A stretch of 64,000 bases of DNA from an uncultured Bacteroidota bacterium. GTDB lineage: Bacteria > Bacteroidota > Rhodothermia > Rhodothermales > DATKEJ01. Location of the stretch: NCBI GenBank assembly GCA_963768715.1, contig CAVYJC010000011.1:4050-68049 (forward strand), given 5' to 3'. The stretch's first letter is position 1. Each line of letters starts with the position of its first letter. Shown piece by piece: positions 27,546 to 35,376 of this stretch. The position numbers and the translations under genes were made by a program. The notes below the pieces were generated by a model, which worked only from the letters and a program-made list of their open reading frames with translations, did no database searches and was not told the origin of the DNA.

Positions 27546-30422
27546 ATGCTTGACAATAAGACCGGCACCGGCACCGCCAAGGTGCGCAGCCTCAGCCGCT
27601 ATTACAACGCTTCACAACTCCGAATCGATACCTGGAACCGCTTGAAGGATGCAGCCAAGCGATTGGGTGATCGACAGAAGACCGGGGCAGACGTCTCAAG
27701 CCTGCGGCGATCCGTTGCTGAGCTCTTCTCGATTGTGTCGCCGATTGAATGCTACTGGGCGTTTCCCGGCAAGGACATACTCGATCAATTGCAAGAACTG
27801 TTTGAGCAGAAGGACTATGGGCCGTTCGCGACTGCGGTTGGGACCGTCGTTCGACAGTTGGTCAGCGAGTCCTATCGCACCCGGACGGGGGGCTGGCACG
27901 CGACCGGTTCCGACAAGGTGGGCGGGCGCGTCTTGTCCGGTCGGGGTGAGGGTTCGGGCAATGCGGCGGACCACCATTATTTCGAGGTGCTTTTCGTCGA
28001 CAACCTGCCGGTCGACGAGGAGCGGGCCCTGCGCAAACGGATGCGGGAGATCGGCGACCCGGACGACCGTTTCGTTTATGACATCGTCGTCGTCAAGAGC
28101 CTTGAGGATGCGCTCATGGCGGTCATGCTCAACTACAATATCCAGAGCTGCGTAATCCGCCAGAATTTTCCGTTGAGGTCGAAGAACCGCCTCGAGATCC
28201 TCCAGCCGTACCTGTCGGAGATCGAAAAGGCCGGTCTCGATGCGACGAGCGAAGTCGACCTCGGTCCGGCTCTTGCCCGGATTATCAAACGACTGCGACC
28301 CGAGCTCGACCTCTATCTCGTAAGCGACGCCGGCGTCGAGGAGGCTGCCAGTGAAGGGCACCAGGCCTTCCGTCGGATATTCTACCGGCAGGAGGACTAT
28401 TTCGAGCTGCATCTCAGTATTCGGCGCGGCATCATGGAGCGTTACGAAACGCCCTTCTTCTCCGCTTTGAAAGCGTACAGCCAGCGGCCCACCGGGGTTT
28501 TCCACGCGATGCCCATTTCACGGGGGAACTCGATCTCCAAATCCCACTGGATCCAGGACATGGGCCGGTTCTACGGCCGCAACATCTTCCTGGCCGAAAC
28601 ATCCGCGACGACGGGCGGTCTCGATTCGCTTCTTCAACCCACGGGCACGCTCAAAAAGGCCCGCGTGATGGCCGCCCGCGCGTTCGGGGCGCAGCAGACT
28701 TTTTTCGTCACCAACGGCACCTCCACGTCGAACAAGATCGTCCTGCAGGCGCTCGTCAAGCCGGGCGACACGGTGCTGGTTGACCGCGACTGCCACAAGT
28801 CGCATCACTACGGACTTGTCCTATCGGGAGCGCTGCCGGTCTACCTGGACTCTTATCCTGTCGCCGCGTATTCCATGTACGGGGCGGTTCCCCTCCGTGA
28901 GATCAAGAAGAAGCTCCTCGAGCTCAAGCGGGCCGGACGGTTGGACCAGGTCAAAATGCTATTGCTGACCAACTGCACGTTCGACGGCATTGTTTATAAC
29001 GTCGAACGGGTCATGGAGGAAGTGCTCGCCATAAAGCCCGATATGATCTTTCTGTGGGATGAGGCCTGGTTCGGCTTCGCCCAGTTTACGCCGACCTATC
29101 GCCGGCGAACCGCCATGTCGACCGCCGCGCGCCTGCAAGAGCGGTATCAGAGCCAGGATTATCGCGCGCGCTACGCCAAGTACAAGGCGAGCTTTGACGA
29201 GCTCGATCCGGACGACGATGCCACATGGCTTGACCAGCCATTGCTGCCTGATCCGGATCGCGTGAAGATCCGCGCATACGCTACGCAGTCCACGCACAAG
29301 AAGCTCTCGTCATTGCGCCAGGGCGCGATGATTCATGTATACGACGAGGAGTTCAAGCGGAAGGTGGAGGACACGTTCCACGAGGCGTACATGACCCACA
29401 CCTCGACCTCGCCCAACTATCAGATTCTGGCGTCGCTGGACGTCGCTCGGCGTCAGGCCGAGCTCGAGGGTTTCGAGCTGGTACAGAAGAGCGTCGAAAT
29501 GGCTATGACGCTGCGCGCCAAGATATCGGAGCATCCCGTGCTGAAGCGATATTTCGAGGTGTTGACCATCCGAGACCTGATTCCCTCTGCCTACCGATCT
29601 TCCGGGCTGGAGCAGTACTTCGACCCGGAGGAAGGCTGGAGCCGGATGGAGGAAGCGTGGCGGACGGATGAGTTCGTGCTGGATCCGACACACATCACAC
29701 TGGCTGTGGGCAAAGCGGGGATCGATGGCGACACGTTCAAGGGCCGGTACCTTATGGATCAGTTCGGAATTCAGGTCAACAAGACCAGCCGGAACACGGT
29801 GCTGTTCATGACGAACATCGGCACGACACGGAGTTCGGTCGCCTACCTGATCAGCGTACTGGTCAAGATCGCCGAGCAGCTTCGCGCGGAAGAGCTCTCG
29901 TTGAATCCGACGGAAGCAGACCTCCACAAGCAGCGAATTGTATCGCTCACTGAGAAGCTGCCGCCATTGCCCGATTTCAGTCGATTCCATGCGGCCTTTT
30001 CTCCCAATCCGGGGACGCCCGAAGGGGACCTGCGCTCCGCCTTCTTTATGGCCTACGACGAAACAGCCTGCGAATATCTCAAAATGGACGGCTCGATAAG
30101 CGAAGCGATCGTATCCGGACGTGAAGTGGTATCGGCCTCGTTCATCATCCCGTACCCTCCCGGATTCCCGATCCTGGTGCCCGGACAGGTCATCAGCGAG
30201 GAAATTCTGGCCTTCATGCACGCACTCGACGTCAAGGAAATCCACGGCTACCGACCCGATCTGGGACTTCGAGTTTTCACGGAGGCGGCAATGAGAGCGG
30301 TTTCCGCAAAGCGCGCACATGCCGGGGAGCGCGGCGACGGCAATATTGAGCCGGCCGAGCCTGTGCTCGCCCCTCCGCGCAGGCGTGGCAGCAAGGCGGG
30401 CGCCACCTCCGACGTAAACTAA
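27546..30422 (+). CDS. Orn/Lys/Arg decarboxylase family (fold-type I, wing-domain type), unusually long at 958 aa
   Basis: 'FHAMPISRGNSI', 'FFVTNGTSTSNKIV', PLP-Lys context 'YATQSTHKKLSSLRQG'. CheY-like wing 'YFEVLFVDNLP...IVVVKSLEDALMAV'. Confidence 0.85.
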   Translation: MLDNKTGTGTAKVRSLSRYYNASQLRIDTWNRLKDAAKRLGDRQKTGADVSSLRRSVAELFSIVSPIECYWAFPGKDILDQLQELFEQKDYGPFATAVGTVVRQLVSESYRTRTGGWHATGSDKVGGRVLSGRGEGSGNAADHHYFEVLFVDNLPVDEERALRKRMREIGDPDDRFVYDIVVVKSLEDALMAVMLNYNIQSCVIRQNFPLRSKNRLEILQPYLSEIEKAGLDATSEVDLGPALARIIKRLRPELDLYLVSDAGVEEAASEGHQAFRRIFYRQEDYFELHLSIRRGIMERYETPFFSALKAYSQRPTGVFHAMPISRGNSISKSHWIQDMGRFYGRNIFLAETSATTGGLDSLLQPTGTLKKARVMAARAFGAQQTFFVTNGTSTSNKIVLQALVKPGDTVLVDRDCHKSHHYGLVLSGALPVYLDSYPVAAYSMYGAVPLREIKKKLLELKRAGRLDQVKMLLLTNCTFDGIVYNVERVMEEVLAIKPDMIFLWDEAWFGFAQFTPTYRRRTAMSTAARLQERYQSQDYRARYAKYKASFDELDPDDDATWLDQPLLPDPDRVKIRAYATQSTHKKLSSLRQGAMIHVYDEEFKRKVEDTFHEAYMTHTSTSPNYQILASLDVARRQAELEGFELVQKSVEMAMTLRAKISEHPVLKRYFEVLTIRDLIPSAYRSSGLEQYFDPEEGWSRMEEAWRTDEFVLDPTHITLAVGKAGIDGDTFKGRYLMDQFGIQVNKTSRNTVLFMTNIGTTRSSVAYLISVLVKIAEQLRAEELSLNPTEADLHKQRIVSLTEKLPPLPDFSRFHAAFSPNPGTPEGDLRSAFFMAYDETACEYLKMDGSISEAIVSGREVVSASFIIPYPPGFPILVPGQVISEEILAFMHALDVKEIHGYRPDLGLRVFTEAAMRAVSAKRAHAGERGDGNIEPAEPVLAPPRRRGSKAGATSDVN

Positions 30423-30438
30423 ACTGATAACTCATTTT

Positions 30439-31894
30439 ATGATGGCTTCCAAGCCCCTTCGCGGCGTATCCGACATCCGCCGGTTTTTCTATCGTAACGA
30501 GACGCCTGTCTACTTTGTCAGTGCGACCAATTTCAACCTGCTGGGGGCGGACGAGTGGGTTAGGGGATTCAGGTTCATATCCTACATCGACTGCTTCGAC
30601 GGGCAGCATCCCAGCGTCTTCGTTCCAAAGGAGATGCCGCATGACACGTTCGAAAGCATCGAAGACATCAATCGGTACCTGCTCGAACACAAGGAGGTGG
30701 CCGACTACATCGGCAGGCGGGGTGAGGGAGGGAAGGTGCTGTTTTTGATGTTTGACGAGCAGACGGAAGACCTGGCCCGCGATCTTGGGCTCGAGGTTTG
30801 CTTTCCACCGGCCAAGCTGCGCCAGTACCTCGACGACAAGGTGACGACGACCCGCGTAGCAGACAAGGCCGGCGTACCGAGCGTCCCGAACGTCCTGGCC
30901 AAGGTCGACAGCTACGAAACCCTGCGTCGTGTTTCGGCGCCCCTGGGCAAGGACCTCGTCATACAGACTCCTTTCGGAGACTCGGGCCACACGACCTTTT
31001 TCATATCCGACGAGGACGACTGGAACGAGCACGCGTCGGAGATCGTGGCGGAGCCCGAGGTCAAGGTGATGAAACGTATCCGATGCCGCGGCTCGGCCAT
31101 TGAGGCCTGTGTGACCCGCCACGGCACCATCGTCGCGCCGCTCATGACGGAGCTTGTCGGCTTCAAGGAACTCACGCCGTACAAGGGAGGCTGGTGTGGA
31201 AACGAGATCTTTGCGGATACCTTCACGAGCAGTATCCGGCGTCAGGCGCGCAAGTATACGCAAGCGATGGGGGACCAACTCAGGGAGGAAGGCTACAGAG
31301 GCTATTTTGAGCTCGACTTTCTAATCGATGAGGACAGCGGGAAGCTCTATCTGGGTGAGCTAAATCCCCGTATCACGGGAGCGAGCTCCATTACCAACCA
31401 TGCCGTCTTTGCATTGGCGGATGCACCCCTGTTCATGTTTCACTTGCTGGAATGGTTCGACGTCGATTACAAGCTCAGCGTCGTGGGGATCAACCGACGC
31501 TGGGCGCGGCCGGAAAACATCGACACCTGGAGCCAGCTCGTGATCAAGCACACGGAAGACACCGTCGACGTCATCAAGAAGGCGCCGCCGACCGGTATAT
31601 GGAGCATGGAAAGGCGACGGGAGCGTCCATTTCGCACGCTTCGACACGCACCGACGGGCGGTCGAAAGCGAGTCTGAGGCTTTCTTTTTGCGCATTGCGG
31701 GGGCGGGCGACTATCAGTATGAAGGCGCAGATCTGGGCATTCTCGTCACGCGCGGGCGCTTGATGACGGATGACTTCCAGCTGAACGAACGGGCGCAGGC
31801 GTGGATTCGAGGCATCAAGGGCCATTTTGCAACGGGCGAACGCAGCAAAGTGGAGTACGTACCCGCCGAAGTCGGCAGTTTCAAGATGCTGTAG
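30439..31894 (+). CDS. ATP-grasp ligase, with an apparent 1-nt insertion near 31606-31614
   Basis: 'VIQTPFGDSGHTTFFI', 'GYFELDFLIDEDSGKLYLGELNPRITGAS'. The track ORF ends in Arg-rich junk (..MERRRERPFRTLRH). Shifting frame gives ..WSM-KGDGSVHFARFDTHRRAVESESEAFFLRIAGAGDYQ.., which runs into ORF 31688..31894. Confidence 0.7.
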
Positions 31895-31900
31895 CAGCGA

Positions 31901-32878
31901 ATGGATCTGCGTTTCGTATCGATATCGGAGGCGAGGCCGGGTCCAAAGTGGCAGGCGGTTTTTGAGCGTCACTGGCCGGCGTACAAGAAATGGTTTCTCT
32001 CGGAGGGTCACCGTGCCCGTCCCGGATACCAGAGCTCGCTGAAGGCACTCCGAAACCACATGCCCGAGCTTGTACCGATTTACGAGTCGCTCGTCGAGCT
32101 TGCCGGAGGCGGCGACCTCGAGGCGAGATTTCTGAGCTTGTATTGTCCGCCGCCTTACCTCTCGGGCTGCTCGCAGGCTGTGTGGTCGCGGGATCGGCCG
32201 GTCCTCGTGAGGAACTACGATTACAGTCCGCGACTCTTCGAAGGGCGACTGCTCCGCACCGAGTGGCGTCGGCCCGTGATTTCGGTGATCGACTGCCTCT
32301 GGGGCGTACTCGACGGTATGAACGATGCGGGGTTGGCGGTGTCCCTTTCGTTCGGAGGTAACAAGACCGTCGGGGAAGGCTTCGGCGTCCCGCTCATCCT
32401 GCGCTACGTGCTGGAAACCTGTGACGACGCCGAGTCAGCGTCCAAAGTCCTGCAGCGCATTCCCACGCACATGCATTACAACATCACCGTGGCAGATCGG
32501 GAGGGGACGTTCTTCACCGCGCACCTTGCTCCCGACCGACCGGCAATCATCAGGGCTGAACCCGTCAGCACGAATCACCAGGACCGGGTCGAGTGGGATG
32601 ACTATGCTCGGATGACGACGACCGTCGAACGGAAGGAACATCTCCAGGCGCGGCTGGCCGATCCGGAGGAAACCGAGCAGACCTTCCTCAACCGGTTCCT
32701 CGAACCGCCGCTGTACAGTACCCGGTTCGACAAAGCATTCGGAACGCTGTACACGGCTGCCTACTATCCAGAGACCCTCGAGGCCGAGTACCGCTGGCCC
32801 GGCGGCCGGAGCCTGCGGCAGTCTTTCGAGAATTTCAAAGAGGGGACGACGGTCATCCGGTTGAAGCGGGCCGCTTGA
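31901..32878 (+). CDS. peptidase C45 / acyl-CoA:6-APA acyltransferase-type Ntn hydrolase
   Basis: 'YLSGCSQAVW' (nucleophile Cys context), 'VRNYDY', 'LDGMNDAGLAVSLSFGG', 'YNITVADREG'. Confidence 0.7.
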   Translation: MDLRFVSISEARPGPKWQAVFERHWPAYKKWFLSEGHRARPGYQSSLKALRNHMPELVPIYESLVELAGGGDLEARFLSLYCPPPYLSGCSQAVWSRDRPVLVRNYDYSPRLFEGRLLRTEWRRPVISVIDCLWGVLDGMNDAGLAVSLSFGGNKTVGEGFGVPLILRYVLETCDDAESASKVLQRIPTHMHYNITVADREGTFFTAHLAPDRPAIIRAEPVSTNHQDRVEWDDYARMTTTVERKEHLQARLADPEETEQTFLNRFLEPPLYSTRFDKAFGTLYTAAYYPETLEAEYRWPGGRSLRQSFENFKEGTTVIRLKRAA

Positions 32879-32880
32879 CG

Positions 32881-32978
<98 letters not shown>

Positions 32979-33126
32979 ATCATCCAGCATTCATGATTCG
33001 GCACGGGGAGTCGGTTGCGGAACCTTAGAGGATACGCGTACCTTAAATGCTCGCTCGTCAAGAGCCTTCGTAGGATGATGCCGGGGGCCTGCCTCGGCGT
33101 AGCCGAACGGAGTGAGGCGAAGACGG

Positions 33127-33213
33127 GCCCAAGTGGCGGAATTGGTAGACGCGCTACGTTCAGGGCGTAGTGGCCTTATGGCCGTGGAGGTTCGAGTCCT
33201 CTCTTGGGCACCA
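33127..33213 (+). tRNA. tRNA-Leu (anticodon CAG), type II with long variable arm, CCA encoded
   Basis: Acceptor GCCCAAG/CTTGGGC; anticodon stem CTACG/CGTAG with loop TTCAGGG; variable arm TGGCCTTATGGCCGT; T-arm GGAGG-TTCGAGT-CCTCT; ACCA end. Confidence 0.9.
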
Positions 33214-33249
33214 GAAAACTGCAGACACCAAATTCAAACACCAAAGTTG

Positions 33250-33275
33250 GGGCACGCCGACGGCGTGCCCTTTTT
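33250..33275 (+). terminator. rho-independent terminator after tRNA-Leu
   Basis: GGGCACGC-cgacg-GCGTGCCC followed by TTTTT. Confidence 0.75.
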
Positions 33276-33577
33276 GGTTGTTCGCTGAACCTGATCGGTC
33301 TGCCTGCCGGGATCTAGCAGCACCCCCGTTGCTCAACGTCGGTAGCCAAAACGACAACCCGGCTCCATGCTTACCTAACCCAGCCCCACGGCTCTACTCG
33401 GAGCGAACAAAACCTGCCTCCGTCGGTCAAAACAGCCTTTGGACCAGTGCGCGTTGGCTGAGACCATGGAGAAACAAGCACGGATACGAAAACAGGTCGG
33501 CTCGAACAAGTCGCTGACTCCATTACAGCGGGCCTTCCTCCTGAGAACACTGATCCTTCCGTTCACAAAAGCAGATC

Positions 33578-34048
33578 TTGAGCGAGAAACCAACTTCGTT
33601 CGAAGAGTTGTTGGCCGATCTAAGTCGGCACGGCGTTGAGTACATCCTCGTAGGAGGGTTGGCAGTGGCACTGTGTGGTTTCATTCGCGCAACGCTGGAC
33701 GTAGACATTCTTGTACAGGCGGCAGAGGGAAATATCCGCCGGCTGCTGGACCGACTCGCTCTCTTCGGAGAAGGTCACGCCCGGGAACTCAAGGTGAACG
33801 ATTTCACGCTGGAAGAGGGTAGTATCCGCATAGTCGAAGATTTTGCAGTCGATGTCTTCACTCTGATGAGTGGCAACACCTACGAGGATATGTTGCCGCT
33901 TACGGCGCGGCACAGGATTGAGGACACAGAGGTTGTGTTTCTCAATGCTGAGGGTTTGATCATGCTCAAGGCCGACTCGTTGCGCCCACAAGATCAAATT
34001 GATGTGCAGACCCTCAAGGACATCATGCGAGGTCAGGACAGTCAATAG
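33578..34048 (+). CDS. small nucleotidyltransferase-fold protein (minimal NTase, about 156 aa)
   Basis: TTG start. 'GVEYILVGGLAVALCGFIRATLDVDILV' (GG...G..R.T.D.D pattern), 'LIMLKADSLRPQDQIDVQTL'. Confidence 0.6.
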   Translation: MSEKPTSFEELLADLSRHGVEYILVGGLAVALCGFIRATLDVDILVQAAEGNIRRLLDRLALFGEGHARELKVNDFTLEEGSIRIVEDFAVDVFTLMSGNTYEDMLPLTARHRIEDTEVVFLNAEGLIMLKADSLRPQDQIDVQTLKDIMRGQDSQ

Positions 34049-34206
34049 GCCTCAAATCTGATCGACGGCTCTGATCGAGCGGATCATGTTTTTGTCCAAC
34101 CAATACCACGATCGCTCGTGAGCGACTGGGCGCCAAGATGGCCGCCGGATAACTTCAAACACCGGATCTTGGCCCCGAGCGGGTGGGGCTTCAGGCTGCA
34201 AACTTA

Positions 34207-34235
34207 GGGTGCGCCGGTCGGCGCGCCCTTTTCTG
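34207..34235 (+). terminator. rho-independent terminator of cassette copy 1
   Basis: GGGTGCGCCGgtcGGCGCGCCC followed by TTTTCTGTTT. Confidence 0.65.
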
Positions 34236-34503
34236 TTTGTGCCGGCTAGCGGCCGGGGGGCAAAGTCTTCGTCACAGAACGCCCGACTCAACTCTGATCC
34301 TGACTCTCCTTCTTGCTTCCGATTCCGACCAACCTCCGCGTTGGCGAGTCTCGGCCATTTCAACCGGATCGTGCCGGTGTCGGAAGATCCGGACTCGTGT
34401 TCGTCCGGCCAGTGAACCGCGAATCTCGTCAGGGCCTCGGGCGCTGGGTAATCCGCGGGAGAGCAACCAGAAAAGCGGGGTCCAGTCGAGCGTCTAATCG
34501 AAA

Positions 34504-35259
34504 TCAATGCGCGAAGAGCTCACCGTTGTGCTCCCTCAAGTAACTTAGACGAACGTCCACCGCTCGGAGCATCGTCTGCAATTCCTCGACCTTCAGCATG
34601 TAGGTTTCACCACCGAACTCGAACAGCGCATACGGCTTGTCAAAGACAAGTCCAAACCGCAGAGTGCCCTCACCAAGATCAATGCTTTTCGTCTCATGGA
34701 CCCTGCCGTCCGTGCCGAAGGGGTCGCCTTCGACCAGGTAGGAATACAAGTTCCTAACTTCATCCGGAGTGAGCCTGAAGCTGACGACGCTTAGGCTCGG
34801 GTTTTCAAGTGACTCGTACATGCGAAGGACCTTCATTTCATCCTTCGCATGAGTCTGTTCCAAGGTTACCGTTGCATAGTACGCAGTGTCACTTGACGAA
34901 GCCGGGGCGTGGTCATGCCATGCTTCGATACTGGGATACTTGTGAGTCACGTCAACATGAGCCGAGACTTGAAATTCAAGAAGCGGAATTTCGCCGAGTT
35001 TCTTGTCGAAGTACTCTTCATACCTGCCGTCTTGGTCGGCGCCGGAAGCAGCACGGCCGAACGCTTGGACGAACTTCCTGAGGAAGATGTCCTCTTTGGA
35101 CAGAACGCGTGATTTGAACTTGTGAAACGGGAAGGAGATGGTCTCCGTTCTTGTCACCGGCGTAGTCCGAGAGTAGTCGGCATGTCCCTGTCCGAGTGCG
35201 ACATTTGCGCTAATCAGATTGAGGACGATCGTCGTGGCCGTTGCGAGTCTGACAATCAT
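34504..35259 (-). CDS. secreted hypothetical protein
   Basis: The Met at 35259 gives signal peptide MIVRLATATTIVLNLISANVALG. No family recognised. Confidence 0.45.
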   Translation of the reverse strand: MIVRLATATTIVLNLISANVALGQGHADYSRTTPVTRTETISFPFHKFKSRVLSKEDIFLRKFVQAFGRAASGADQDGRYEEYFDKKLGEIPLLEFQVSAHVDVTHKYPSIEAWHDHAPASSSDTAYYATVTLEQTHAKDEMKVLRMYESLENPSLSVVSFRLTPDEVRNLYSYLVEGDPFGTDGRVHETKSIDLGEGTLRFGLVFDKPYALFEFGGETYMLKVEELQTMLRAVDVRLSYLREHNGELFAH

Positions 35260-35376
35260 TTCGGTCACTCTTGGTTGATCGGGAACAGCCGTCAATATAG
35301 TGGAGCACCAAGGTAGTCGGATTCGGGCTGCCGAGGTCAACCAACATTTCGATCCCACTGTCGTGAGGTCGAGTCC

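Larger units (their letters stand above)
33404..34240 (+). repeat. 0.8-kb dispersed repeat, copy 1 (leader + NTase gene + 3' region + terminator)
   Basis: Collinear with 41312..42112. Copy 1 carries an insertion of about 40 bp before the terminal hairpin. Confidence 0.85.

Noticed and set aside
33620-34045. An open antisense frame across the whole NTase gene, seen in both cassette copies (also 41472..41954).
   Set aside because: It has no recognisable family, and its conservation is fully explained by conservation of the sense gene. It would be worth revisiting only if transcript data show antisense expression.
34052-34507. A 151-aa minus-strand ORF between the NTase cassette and the next gene.
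   Set aside because: It is Arg/Ser/Pro-rich, spans the cassette terminator and the conserved 3' region, and has no start context. Only the short 'WRPVAHERSW' stretch is shared with copy 2, which reflects DNA conservation.
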